Below, piece after piece: positions 25,702 through 35,934 of a DNA stretch of 53,647 nucleotides. The DNA lies in IMG/VR virus record IMGVR_UViG_3300010354_000120, positions 1 to 53,647 of that record. The stretch is one strand, 5' to 3'. The position numbers were made by a program, and so were the translations under genes. The stretch is from a virus. Its lineage: Duplodnaviria; Caudoviricetes. The notes under the pieces are model-generated. The model ran no database searches and was not told the DNA's origin. It saw only the letters and a program-made list of their open reading frames with translations. Numbering within the stretch: the first letter of the stretch is position 1; the number at the start of each line of letters is the position of its first letter.

Positions 25702-27522
25702 ATGGAAGAACAATATATTAGGCCAATACCAGTTGGCGAAGTATACCCGGATATTGAGGATGATATTAGTTCATCATACTTTACTGCAGAACCACCACCA
25801 GAATTTCCACCCGATCCAAATGTTCAGATCATTATTACGGGAGTTGGAACTTATCAGGGATTAGAAGTATCTGGTGATTATACTCATCGTTCAATCGTCA
25901 ATATCACTCATACTGGCGTTGGAACTGCGTTGAGATCAGAAGGAACATCTGCCATTGTTGGTGTAGGAGGCACTTCCGGTGTTTGGGCAAGTGGAACTAC
26001 TGCTATTACTGCAAACGGAACCACTGCCATTAAGGCAACTGGAACATCATCCGCAATCGTTGCAGTAGGAGGCACTTCCGGTGTTTGGGCAAGTGGAACT
26101 ACTGCTATTACTGCAAACGGAACTACTGCTATAAATGCAACCGGGAACGTGAGTCTTGGTGGAGGAACTGTTACTGTTGGAAGAGTGGATACAGATAATG
26201 TAGAAGTTCTGGGAGAATTTACATCCAATCTAATTCCAAACGCAACAAGCACATATGACATTGGATCATCAAGTAGAAGATGGGATCAAATTTATTCTGA
26301 TTATCTGATTGCCACAACTCAGGTTGGAATTGGAACCAATACTTCTGTTGCAACTCTAACAATTGGAGATGTGTCAACTTCACCATCGAATAAAGGTGCA
26401 TTGGCAGTTAAAACCCTACCAAATAATGGAACTACAACACAAGCAGCTTTATATTTGGAAGAGCAAGTTGGAACAGAAGGATGGTATGTCATCGTAAATG
26501 CTGACGGAGATTTAAATTTCAACAATTCTGGATCAACTACTGATGCGGTAAGATTTTTAGACGATGATAATGTTTTAATTGCAAAAGGATATCTTGGAGT
26601 TAATACCGATGTTACTCCAACCAAAGCTCTAATGGTGCGCGGACAAGGAGAATTTACTAGCACAGTCACTGCACCAGATTTTGTTGGCAATTTAACTGGA
26701 ATTGCCGACAAAACAAGAACGATTTCAACTGATGTTGCTGGAGTATATTATCCAACATGGGTTGATACAAATAACGTTGGTAATTCTGGAGAACAATTCT
26801 ATACAAATTCCAATTTTAAATATAATCCATCAACTGATGTTTTAACCGTTGGGACCATTGCAGCATCTCTTCAGGGAGGAGCAGATCAGGTTAAAACACA
26901 ATCCAACGCAACTAACGGCGCATTTTATCCAACATTTGTAGACACCAATAACGGATCTGCCACCGCAGAAAGTCTTTGGACAGATGCTGGATTGGCTTAT
27001 AATCCATCAACTAATACACTAACTGCAGGATTTTTCTCAGGGAATGGTAGTGCATTGACTGGAGTATCCGCAGGAGATGCATCTACAGTATACGTTGATG
27101 AATCAGAAGATGATAATGTGGCATACAACGTTGTCTTTCTTGATGTTAGTGGAGGTGGAAATGCGAATAAAGCACTTCAAGTTGATGATGGGGGATTGAC
27201 ATTTAATCCCAGCACAAATACTTTAGTTGCAAATAACGTTACTGGAGCAGCATCTCAGGTATTAACACAATCCCAATCAACCAATGGAACATATTATCTA
27301 GCCTTTGTAGATACTAACAATACAAATGCCACCGCAGAAAGTATTTGGACCGATGCCGGCATTCTATACAACCCATCAAGCAATATTCTTTCTACTGGAG
27401 AGGTAATTGCATCGGGTGGATTTAGAAGTGATAGTGGAAGTCCTGTTCTAATCACAGTTTCTGGAACAACACTCACATTTACTGTGACTGGAACTGGAAG
27501 TGCGACTCTGACACTAGCATAA
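25702..27522 (+). CDS. tail fibre protein
   Basis: Thr/Gly/Ala-rich; LIPN.TSTYDIGSSSRRW motif; repeated YPTFVD...YNPSTN modules. Confidence 0.8.
   Translation: MEEQYIRPIPVGEVYPDIEDDISSSYFTAEPPPEFPPDPNVQIIITGVGTYQGLEVSGDYTHRSIVNITHTGVGTALRSEGTSAIVGVGGTSGVWASGTTAITANGTTAIKATGTSSAIVAVGGTSGVWASGTTAITANGTTAINATGNVSLGGGTVTVGRVDTDNVEVLGEFTSNLIPNATSTYDIGSSSRRWDQIYSDYLIATTQVGIGTNTSVATLTIGDVSTSPSNKGALAVKTLPNNGTTTQAALYLEEQVGTEGWYVIVNADGDLNFNNSGSTTDAVRFLDDDNVLIAKGYLGVNTDVTPTKALMVRGQGEFTSTVTAPDFVGNLTGIADKTRTISTDVAGVYYPTWVDTNNVGNSGEQFYTNSNFKYNPSTDVLTVGTIAASLQGGADQVKTQSNATNGAFYPTFVDTNNGSATAESLWTDAGLAYNPSTNTLTAGFFSGNGSALTGVSAGDASTVYVDESEDDNVAYNVVFLDVSGGGNANKALQVDDGGLTFNPSTNTLVANNVTGAASQVLTQSQSTNGTYYLAFVDTNNTNATAESIWTDAGILYNPSSNILSTGEVIASGGFRSDSGSPVLITVSGTTLTFTVTGTGSATLTLA
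25963..26123 (+). repeat. 59-nt perfect direct repeat (period 102 nt) in tail fibre gene
   Basis: GTAGGAGGCACTTCCGGTGTTTGGGCAAGTGGAACTACTGCTATTACTGCAAACGGAAC at 25963 and 26065. Confidence 0.9.
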
Positions 27523-27580
27523 TGTGCCGGTTGAAAAACTGTCCACTCACCTTGACTTCCTCCCCCAAGCACCCTATACT
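27523..27580 (+). promoter_or_regulatory. palindromic upstream motif + sigma70 promoter (copy 1)
   Basis: TGTGCCGGTT-GAAA-AACTGTCCAC, then TTGACT-17-TATACT. Confidence 0.75.
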
Positions 27581-27609
27581 ATTAGGGTAGTCAGGAAATC
27601 CAACTCCCC

Positions 27610-27825
27610 ATGAGCGAAAAATTTCAAGAGCATGATGAAGAGTATCTTACACGATGCGTCGTAGATACTGCAAGTAGGACTATTAGGATTTATTCCAATC
27701 GGGGAAGTGAAAAGACTGTTGTTTGTGAAACAGTTGATGAGTTTCTAAATGTTCTATATACTATTCGCAATTCTGTTCAGGAAGATGATATTATCTTCGC
27801 TGAACCTCCGGTTCTCCAACAATAA
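27610..27825 (+). CDS. conserved cyanophage hypothetical protein
   Basis: EEYLTRCVVD...IYSNRG..K.V.C.TVDEFLNVL. Confidence 0.8.
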   Translation: MSEKFQEHDEEYLTRCVVDTASRTIRIYSNRGSEKTVVCETVDEFLNVLYTIRNSVQEDDIIFAEPPVLQQ

Positions 27826-27827
27826 TT

Positions 27828-28031
27828 ATGGCAAACAAGACAACTCCCCAAAATGTCAACGAGGCAAATCGAGCATTATTTGCAGCAAAATGGAATTTGC
27901 CAAAAGCAGCAGAACATTGTGGAATGACAATCAAAGAAATGAAAATGACGTTTAGGGAGTTCTTGAAGTATCATCCAGTTACATATAAAGAGCATGGAAC
28001 TCAACTTGAATTGATATATAGAGATGAGTAA
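27828..28031 (+). CDS. putative HTH DNA-binding small protein
   Basis: WNLPKAAEHCGMTIKEMK, HTH-like. Confidence 0.7.
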   Translation: MANKTTPQNVNEANRALFAAKWNLPKAAEHCGMTIKEMKMTFREFLKYHPVTYKEHGTQLELIYRDE

Positions 28032-28112
28032 GCGAGAGTGGTGTAACGGTAGCCACGCTGCGCTTAGAACGCAGTGTCGAAAGACGTAGGGGTTCGATTC
28101 CCCTCTCTCGCA
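28032..28112 (+). tRNA. tRNA-Leu (anticodon TAG)
   Basis: Acceptor GCGAGAG/CTCTCGC, anticodon arm CTGCG-CTTAGAA-CGCAG, long variable arm, T-arm AGGGG-TTCGATT-CCCCT, discriminator A, no encoded CCA. Confidence 0.95.
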
Positions 28113-28135
28113 CTTAAGATCATCCGGTATGAATT

Positions 28136-28414
28136 ATGGAAATGGAATACTACATAGAGCAAAAATTTTGTTGGTATAACAACAAAACTCAACTTGTTCT
28201 GATGTATTTTTTAAATACGGTTCCATTTACATTTGATGATCTTGATGAGGAGTATTGGAATGATCCCGAAGTAATTAAAATAGCAAATCAAGAGCGATCT
28301 TTCGAAGCAGAGGATTTATTTCGTGGGTCAAATTATCTAATTCAAGAAGAATGTCATCCATGTTTTTATGAGGTGAATGTAATTAATCCAGAATGTCTTC
28401 CAGACTCATATTAA
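28136..28414 (+). CDS. conserved hypothetical protein
   Basis: LVLMYFLNTVPFTFDD...YLIQEECHP. Confidence 0.8.
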   Translation: MEMEYYIEQKFCWYNNKTQLVLMYFLNTVPFTFDDLDEEYWNDPEVIKIANQERSFEAEDLFRGSNYLIQEECHPCFYEVNVINPECLPDSY

Positions 28415-28433
28415 TTTTTATTGGAGGTGTAAA

Positions 28434-28577
28434 ATGTCTTTGATTTCTCAACGCGATCGTGAACTTACAATTAGAGCACTTGAATACTATTCTTCTTGGG
28501 TTAAAGATCCACAAGAAAAGACAGAGTATCAAAATCTTCTGAATTGGGTTAAGTTACAACACGCAAAAGCATCATGA
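28434..28577 (+). CDS. 47-aa hypothetical protein
   Basis: SD GGAGGT; MSLISQRDRELTIRALEYY...LLNWVKLQHAKAS*; ATGA overlap with next ORF. Confidence 0.75.
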   Translation: MSLISQRDRELTIRALEYYSSWVKDPQEKTEYQNLLNWVKLQHAKAS

Positions 28578-28759
28578 ACGTTAAAATCAATATGTGGTGG
28601 AGTGAAAATATAAAGAGATGGAGATGGACTTTAGTATATGATGTTGGGGCGGCGCGGGAAATGAATAGTGGAAGTCATGAACATCTCACTGATGCCACTG
28701 CGGCGATATATAATATCGTGAATGAACTGCACGAAAAAAACACTTCGATTATTCTTTAA
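28574..28759 (+). CDS. hypothetical protein
   Basis: INMWWS...WRWTL...MNSG. Confidence 0.75.
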   Translation: MNVKINMWWSENIKRWRWTLVYDVGAAREMNSGSHEHLTDATAAIYNIVNELHEKNTSIIL

Positions 28760-28764
28760 ATTTA

Positions 28765-29388
28765 ATGAAAAAATATAATTTAACATGTGCCCAAGATTGG
28801 GTGCAATATTTTGACCGCCTCTTCAAAACGGTTGAGATTGACAATTTTCTGGAATTTGGTCTTGGGGTGGGAACAGAATTTCTTTGCGATCATGCTGGTC
28901 ACGTAACCTCAGTTGAACTTTCCACCGGAGATTATAATCTGCAGTGGACGAATCAAACCAAGGAACATCTAAAGGATTACGAAAACTGGACGCTTCATTA
29001 TGTCAACATTCCTGATGAAATTCAAAAAGCAAATCAGGACGCTATTGATCGCCAATATCCATTAGAAGATCTTTCATATCTTCCAGTTCTTGAGAATCTA
29101 GTCGTTCCTTTTATGACAGAAAGAGAATATGATGTGATTTTTGTCGATCCGGGAATTCATAATCGTGGAGATATTGTGAATTTAGCATTTGGACATGCTG
29201 GAATTGTTGCTTGTCATGATAGTGACAGGACCGGAAGAGTTATTAAAAATATTTACGGTTATAATATCGTAAACGTTCCTGAAAATTACACTGAAATTCA
29301 CCGCGACGACACCTATTGTGGCACTACTTTCTGGGTAGACCACACAATGGAAGGTGCAGATGTATTGATTCGCGTTCTTAAAACATGA
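28765..29388 (+). CDS. class I SAM-dependent methyltransferase-like protein
   Basis: FLEFGLGVGT (motif I), VTSVE, YDVIFVD, VACHD. Confidence 0.75.
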   Translation: MKKYNLTCAQDWVQYFDRLFKTVEIDNFLEFGLGVGTEFLCDHAGHVTSVELSTGDYNLQWTNQTKEHLKDYENWTLHYVNIPDEIQKANQDAIDRQYPLEDLSYLPVLENLVVPFMTEREYDVIFVDPGIHNRGDIVNLAFGHAGIVACHDSDRTGRVIKNIYGYNIVNVPENYTEIHRDDTYCGTTFWVDHTMEGADVLIRVLKT

Positions 29389-29440
29389 TAAATAGGTAAA
29401 TGCGATACTAATTCGCTAGTGACCCAAAAAGTGTGACTTC

Positions 29441-29462
29441 AAAACCTCCTACGGGAGGTTTT
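29441..29462 (+). terminator. intrinsic terminator
   Basis: AAAACCTCC-TACG-GGAGGTTTT. Confidence 0.85.
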
Positions 29463-29508
29463 GTTGTATGATAAATAATCCATAACGGAAACTATAAGAT
29501 TTAATAAA

Positions 29509-32500
29509 ATGGGTCTCTCCAGATTAGATAATTTTCTGAAATCAACTACTGGCACAATCCTATACGTTGATCCTAGCAGCTTGGATTCTAGCGATAGTGT
29601 TGACAATCAGGGTAATTCCCTAACCAGACCTTTTAAGACAATTCAAAGGGCTCTAATTGAAGCCGCAAGATTTTCTTATCAGAGAGGTGTAAATAACGAT
29701 AGATTTTCAAAAACCACCGTTCTGGTGTTTCCGGGTGTTCATACGATTGACAATCGCCCAGGTTATTTTCCAGATGGTTCCACATTCAAAACCAGAATAG
29801 GAACTACCGTAACTGATCTTTATGAATGGGATCTAGTTACTTCATTTGCTATTAATAGTAGCAATAATGCTCTCTATAAAATGAATAGTTTTTATGGGGG
29901 CGTTATTGTTCCACGTGGAACATCTATTATTGGTTTAGATGAGAAGAAGACTATAATTAGACCAAAATATGTTCCAAATCCAGAAAATGCTAATGTTGAA
30001 AGATCCGCAATTTTCCGTTTAACCGGATCATCTCACATTTCGAATATAACTATTCTTGATGCAGACCCACAAGGAAGTGCTTATCTTGATTATACATCAA
30101 ATTCCGCAATTCCTAATTTTTCTCATCACAAACTATGTGCATTTGAATATGTTGATGGCGTTAATACTATTAACATTTCAGATAATTTCTTAACATATAA
30201 AACAAGTAGAACCGATCTTGATGGATATTATCAAAAACTATCCATCGTTTATGGAAACAGTAGTCAGAGGTCTATTAGCCCAGATTATCCATCCACGGTT
30301 GACATTGAAGCAATTGTTGATGAATACAAAATTATTGGTTCTCTTGGATCTACATATAGTATCGATGACATTTATGCTGGAGATGGTGTAACGCCAACGA
30401 CTGAGATTACAGTCGTTACTAAAGCATCATTTGATGATATCGCAATTGATACTTTAATTGAAATTAGTGGAATTAATGTTTCTGGATATGATGGACAATA
30501 TGTTGTCACTGCGGTTGTAAACTCAACAACATTTAAATATACCGCAAGTAATGCTCCCATCAATGCGGCACCATCTGTAGCAGAAATTGGAAGCGCAACA
30601 GCAAATGTTTCGGTAGATTCCACAGTTACAACATCTCCGGAAATTCATAATTGCGCGTTCCGATCATCCTATGGGATGAGTGCCATCTGTGCTGATGGAG
30701 AAGTTATAAACGGATTTAAGTCAATTGAAGTTCATAATTGTAATGCAATCTCTCTTCAAAATGATGATAATGCATTCATCATTTATAATGCAACAAATGG
30801 AACATATAATGACATAACAGGATCAATCAAAAATCTACATTCAAATATTAATTCAAAATACAAACCGGATTATGTCAATTTCTTTGCTAACGCAAAGAAT
30901 GATGCAGAAATTTCCATAACAAATAGTAGAGTTATTGGATATGCACAACAATTTTTATCAGAATCTGGATCCGACATTTCTCTCATTAATGTTGCGTCAA
31001 AATTTGGAGCTAGGTCATTAGTTTCCAAAGGATATAGAAGTGAAGCGTATTCAAGAAATGATCTTGGATATGTATCACACGTGATCGCCCCCAAAGAGGA
31101 AACTGCTTCTCCTGTATCAATTAAATTTGATAGTCTAGATAAATCCAAGATTGTTTCCATCGGGATTACTAGTAGATTATATCTTGCTCAACAAACATCA
31201 CAATCATATCCACCAGCACACATAGTTGATGGATATAGATTGGGTGCAAAAGAAAATGATACTTTGTATGTAAATCTATCAGATCCTAGTGGGATTACCA
31301 CAACATATTCGGCAAGAATCGTGATGCCGAATACTCAAGGATCTGGTGCGGAAATTTCATCCAAAAAGTCGTTTATTGTATCCAGAACTGGAACTGGTAA
31401 TGTAATCTCAAGCAATACCATTACTCTTACAACCAATCACACATTACTTGATGGCGAAAAAATTAGACTTATTGGGGTGACTGGAGAAATTCCCGATGGA
31501 TTGGAGAGTGATAGAATTTATTATGCAATTGTTTCTGGAGTATCCGCAAATCAACTTAAAGTTGCAAAAACTTTAGACGATGCTCTTACCGGAACCGATA
31601 TTGTAATTAATAATAAAGGTGGACTATTATTAGTTGAAAGTAGAGTATCAGATAAACAAAGTGGTGATATTGGACATCCAATTCAATGGGACAGTACAAA
31701 TAATCAATGGTATGTAAATGTTTCCGCAGCATCCACAGAAAATAGAATTTATTCTGCTATCGGAAACTTTGGATCAAATCAAACATCATATAGTTATGTA
31801 ACTAGAGATCCGGATCAAAGATCTGAAGTTGACACAATATATCAAATTCGTTATATAATTCCCAAGGAATCTTTGAACGCATCTCCTCCATCTCGCGATT
31901 TTGTTGTTCAGGAATCAAACACTTCAATTGGATCAACTTCGGAAATGAGCGTTCAGTGGAACGCATCAAATTCATCAGCACTTACAAATTCCACCGACCT
32001 AAGAAATACCCGCGTCATTTCTAATGCATCCTGGTCCACTAATGTTGCAACTATCGTCACTGAACTTCCACATAACCTAACATTGGGATCAAAGGTTCAG
32101 ATAATAAATGTAACAAGTACCAATAATACAGTTGGATCAGCAACCTCTGGATTTAATGGAAATTATACCGTAGCAAGCATTGGCAATGCCAAGCAATTTA
32201 GCTATGCTCTGGCAGAAAATCCTGGAGTATATACAAATAATAATTCCGTCAGAAACGCACAATTACCATATTATAAGAGAACTGATTTTAGCTTAACGCA
32301 TAAAATTTATGAGATTGAAACAATTCAAGAGTATGAAAGTGGAGTTAAGGATGGAATTTATCACATAACTATTGTAAATTCTAGCGTATCTCCAACTGAT
32401 AATTATTTTTCCGCAGAAAAATTCTCTCAGGATACAACTTACCTATATCCACTAATTGATCGTGATAATAGGAATTCCGATCCAACATCAACTGTGTCAT

Positions 32501-35500
32501 TTGCAGAATCTAATAATATCGGTCGAGTTGTTGTAAATGATTCAAAATACAGTTTAACTAAAGAATCAGTATCTAAATCCCTATATGATACCAATTTGGG
32601 AGTAGGAATTACTGAATTCAAATCATCTCCAACTGGATTGGCACATACTGTATATACAACAATTGATCATAGATTAAATGGTGTTTCAAATCTGAGTATT
32701 GTTTCTCCCGGAGCAAATTATACTGATGGTGAATATTATAATGTTCCACTATCTGCGATTGGATCGTCTATAACAGGAAATCATGCTACGGCCAGACTGA
32801 CAGTGGCTTCCGGATCCATAAGTTCAATTAGAATTATGGATAATGGCAGTGCCTATGGCATTGGAAATACTCTTAGAATTACTTCTGGAATTACTACTGC
32901 TGTTGGATGGACATCGGCAAATTATCCAGTAGTTCGTGTTGAGGGAATTGAGAATGCTGTTGGAGAAACTTTAATCATTTCCGGGATCTCAAGCATCACA
33001 ACAAATCATCTCAATAATCTATATAAAATCACTGGCATTAGTGCTGGAAATACGAAGCAAATTGAGGTTCAAGCATCTACTGCTTTAATATCACCACTCT
33101 CAACCGGAATTGGAAACGTAGTAACTGCCACTGCACAGGCATTTGTTGCAGGAAAGGTGGTTGGCATTTCAACAATAAATTATGATTATACAACCGGCAT
33201 TGCAACTGTTGGATTTAATACAGCACATGGATATAAAGTTGGAACCAAAATTAGATTTGGTGGCGCAAGTTCTAGTTTCTACAATAAAGATGTAATCGTA
33301 ACAGATGTTGTAGGATTAACCACAGCAAAAGTATCTCTTGGAATTGGAACAAATTATCCGATTGTTGGTGGAACCATTGAATCATATGCACACTTATTAT
33401 CATCATATGGTGGAGGAATTAAGTATGATGTAGAAGCTACTAGTGGTAGATTAGTTGTTTCTTATGCTGGATTAACAACTTGTATATTAGCACCAATACT
33501 CTCAACGGATAATACGGAAAGCGGTGGTATTACAGTATCGGGAGCTGTTAATTGTGGACTGAGAATTGGTGATTACTTCTTAATTGATTCTGAAATATTC
33601 AGAGTAAAGCAGGTTGTAACAAGCAATACTGTGATGGCATTTAGAGGACTGTTGGGCACTAGTGCGGCTAGTCATTCGGCAAGTTCTGTTCTGAGAAGAA
33701 TTACCCCAATTCCAATTGAATTGCGCAAGAGTTCTTTAATCCGGGCAGCTGGACATTACTTTGAACACGTTGGTTTCGGTCCAGGAAACTATTCCACAGG
33801 TAAATTTGATTATCAATCAAGACAATTGAATGGTGAAGAATTGCTAAATGCATATAGCATTGATGGTAATGGAGGAACCACACTATTCTCAGGAACAAAT
33901 CAAGATGGTGATGTATTTGTTGGTGGATCAAAAATTGATGCATCAACAGGTGAAGTTCAAAAAGTAAGAGTTCCTGTTCAAATTACCAGTGCGTCTCAAC
34001 TCAAAAAGAATTCTAAAGATATTGGATATTCTGTAGACAACTTTGATAGAATTTCAATTGATGAGGGACTATCAGTAAGTGGAGGTGTAGACAAAGACTC
34101 GCTCTCTAAATTTGATGGTCCAGTTATTTTCAATAGCAGAGTTGCATCAAAATCTCCACTTGGACTTGAAGTAAAATCACTTTATATTCAAGGAGAGGCA
34201 TCTACCCCAAGAAAACTCACTGTTGGAATTGCAACTCCAACTACTCCAGGAAGCATTGGTGATATTGTTTGGACTCAAAACCCAACAGTTGACCAATATC
34301 TTGGATGGATTTATACAACTGGACATGTTTGGGAGAAGTATGGTTATATTGGGGTAAACCCGGCAGATGTTAAGGGTGTTGGTGTCTCAAGTAACGGAAC
34401 ATATATTGGATTTACAACCAATCTCAATATTGTTGGAAATGGCGTGTCAATTACTGCACGCGGAAGCGTTTCTGGAGTAACGACACTTTCTATTGATGCA
34501 ACTTCAAGAGTCGCAATTTCAACTGCGAATAATGTCTTCGCCGGTATTGCCACTCAGATCAACTTTGTTGGTGCTGGTGTTACAATTTCTGCTACTGTTT
34601 CCGCAGGTATTGCAACAATTAACTTTAGAGCAACTGAGGCTGGAGGAGCACCAGTTGCGCCTTCAGGAACTCCAAATGCTATTGCTGCATATGATGTTGC
34701 TGGAAATCTTTCCCAAGTTACAGCATTTACATATTTTAGCAATATTCTAGATCTAACTGGCAGTACAGCAACTTCATTGTTCAAAATAAATCAAGGTGCT
34801 AATGGAAACACTCTTGATCTGGTTAATTCCGGTAGTGGAAAGATTCTTCAAGCAGGATCTTCTGCAAGTGATGTTGCACCAATTGTATTCACGACTTCTA
34901 AGCATATTGGTATTGGAACAAATACCCCAGATTCTGGTTTAGACTTGAGATATAGAACTGGAAGTGGAAATGCTATAACAGTTCGCACAACGCATACTGG
35001 TGCCACCAATGACATCAAGATGCAGATGGATAATAATGGTAGATTGGGAATACTTACCTCTGCCACATATGCAGCGACTCATACTCTTGGGTTGGATGTA
35101 AACGGACTTGTTGGAGTGACAAGTGCGATAAGATTCTCAACTGTTGATAGAACACAGAGAATCACTCTACAAGCTCCAAGCACGGTTGTTGGAACGGCAT
35201 ACACATTATCTCTTCCAACTCAGGTTGGCGGCGCAAATAGTATACTCTATACATCATCTTCCGGAATTCTTGGTTGGATTACGCCGAATAACATTTTGGC
35301 AAACTCCAGCACATCTTCACTTCCAGAAGGATCTAACCTATATTACACAGATGAAAGAGCGCAAGATGCGACAGGATCTGCAATCAATACTGGTATTCAA
35401 ACCGGTATTACTGTGGTTTATGATGATGCAAATAATCGCATCAACTTCAACGTCATTAGTGGAACATTCCCATATTCAACCAGAGGATTTATGATTCAAA

Positions 35501-35508
35501 TTGGGTGA
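29509..35508 (+). CDS. large virion structural / tail fibre-associated protein (1999 aa)
   Basis: MGLSRLDNFLKS..GTILYVDP...PFKTIQRALIEAARFSY N-terminus typical of cyanophage virion proteins; preceded by ATAAATA at 29471. Confidence 0.85.
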   Translation: MGLSRLDNFLKSTTGTILYVDPSSLDSSDSVDNQGNSLTRPFKTIQRALIEAARFSYQRGVNNDRFSKTTVLVFPGVHTIDNRPGYFPDGSTFKTRIGTTVTDLYEWDLVTSFAINSSNNALYKMNSFYGGVIVPRGTSIIGLDEKKTIIRPKYVPNPENANVERSAIFRLTGSSHISNITILDADPQGSAYLDYTSNSAIPNFSHHKLCAFEYVDGVNTINISDNFLTYKTSRTDLDGYYQKLSIVYGNSSQRSISPDYPSTVDIEAIVDEYKIIGSLGSTYSIDDIYAGDGVTPTTEITVVTKASFDDIAIDTLIEISGINVSGYDGQYVVTAVVNSTTFKYTASNAPINAAPSVAEIGSATANVSVDSTVTTSPEIHNCAFRSSYGMSAICADGEVINGFKSIEVHNCNAISLQNDDNAFIIYNATNGTYNDITGSIKNLHSNINSKYKPDYVNFFANAKNDAEISITNSRVIGYAQQFLSESGSDISLINVASKFGARSLVSKGYRSEAYSRNDLGYVSHVIAPKEETASPVSIKFDSLDKSKIVSIGITSRLYLAQQTSQSYPPAHIVDGYRLGAKENDTLYVNLSDPSGITTTYSARIVMPNTQGSGAEISSKKSFIVSRTGTGNVISSNTITLTTNHTLLDGEKIRLIGVTGEIPDGLESDRIYYAIVSGVSANQLKVAKTLDDALTGTDIVINNKGGLLLVESRVSDKQSGDIGHPIQWDSTNNQWYVNVSAASTENRIYSAIGNFGSNQTSYSYVTRDPDQRSEVDTIYQIRYIIPKESLNASPPSRDFVVQESNTSIGSTSEMSVQWNASNSSALTNSTDLRNTRVISNASWSTNVATIVTELPHNLTLGSKVQIINVTSTNNTVGSATSGFNGNYTVASIGNAKQFSYALAENPGVYTNNNSVRNAQLPYYKRTDFSLTHKIYEIETIQEYESGVKDGIYHITIVNSSVSPTDNYFSAEKFSQDTTYLYPLIDRDNRNSDPTSTVSFAESNNIGRVVVNDSKYSLTKESVSKSLYDTNLGVGITEFKSSPTGLAHTVYTTIDHRLNGVSNLSIVSPGANYTDGEYYNVPLSAIGSSITGNHATARLTVASGSISSIRIMDNGSAYGIGNTLRITSGITTAVGWTSANYPVVRVEGIENAVGETLIISGISSITTNHLNNLYKITGISAGNTKQIEVQASTALISPLSTGIGNVVTATAQAFVAGKVVGISTINYDYTTGIATVGFNTAHGYKVGTKIRFGGASSSFYNKDVIVTDVVGLTTAKVSLGIGTNYPIVGGTIESYAHLLSSYGGGIKYDVEATSGRLVVSYAGLTTCILAPILSTDNTESGGITVSGAVNCGLRIGDYFLIDSEIFRVKQVVTSNTVMAFRGLLGTSAASHSASSVLRRITPIPIELRKSSLIRAAGHYFEHVGFGPGNYSTGKFDYQSRQLNGEELLNAYSIDGNGGTTLFSGTNQDGDVFVGGSKIDASTGEVQKVRVPVQITSASQLKKNSKDIGYSVDNFDRISIDEGLSVSGGVDKDSLSKFDGPVIFNSRVASKSPLGLEVKSLYIQGEASTPRKLTVGIATPTTPGSIGDIVWTQNPTVDQYLGWIYTTGHVWEKYGYIGVNPADVKGVGVSSNGTYIGFTTNLNIVGNGVSITARGSVSGVTTLSIDATSRVAISTANNVFAGIATQINFVGAGVTISATVSAGIATINFRATEAGGAPVAPSGTPNAIAAYDVAGNLSQVTAFTYFSNILDLTGSTATSLFKINQGANGNTLDLVNSGSGKILQAGSSASDVAPIVFTTSKHIGIGTNTPDSGLDLRYRTGSGNAITVRTTHTGATNDIKMQMDNNGRLGILTSATYAATHTLGLDVNGLVGVTSAIRFSTVDRTQRITLQAPSTVVGTAYTLSLPTQVGGANSILYTSSSGILGWITPNNILANSSTSSLPEGSNLYYTDERAQDATGSAINTGIQTGITVVYDDANNRINFNVISGTFPYSTRGFMIQIG

Positions 35509-35511
35509 TAC

Positions 35512-35533
35512 ATAGACCCCTTCGGGGGTCTAT
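35512..35533. terminator. hairpin between convergent genes (possible bidirectional terminator)
   Basis: ATAGACCCC-TTCG-GGGGTCTAT. Confidence 0.7.
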
Positions 35534-35934
35534 TCCGTAATAGCCATCACCGAATAAATTCCACAGGTCATATCAAAAATTTCACCAGATTTCAAATAAA
35601 TTTCTAATGGATATGCCATTGTTGTAGATAGTCCTGCATAACTATCTGCTCCATGAAATCCTCTGGTGACTCTATAACTTTCATAATTTCCGCCCAAAAA
35701 CACTTGATTGGAATCATCATTTGTTATATAAACTCTTGATAGACCTCTTCCTATTCCGCTCATATCAACACTTGACACCTGATTATAATTTACTGAGTTT
35801 CCCCAGCGAAGGGTCAAAGTTCCAGAGCTTGCTTTTGCAAAATCTATTAATAATCTAGTATTTGTTGTTGCAGTAAAAAGAGCAGATCCACCTACAGTAG
35901 AAGATTGACCATTTAAAATAGTAACGTTTGCCAT
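35530..35934 (-). CDS. small tail-associated protein, duplicate copy A
   Basis: 134 aa, near-identical to 35945..36340; C-terminal PLEIYLKSGE. Confidence 0.85.
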   Translation of the reverse strand: MANVTILNGQSSTVGGSALFTATTNTRLLIDFAKASSGTLTLRWGNSVNYNQVSSVDMSGIGRGLSRVYITNDDSNQVFLGGNYESYRVTRGFHGADSYAGLSTTMAYPLEIYLKSGEIFDMTCGIYSVMAITE

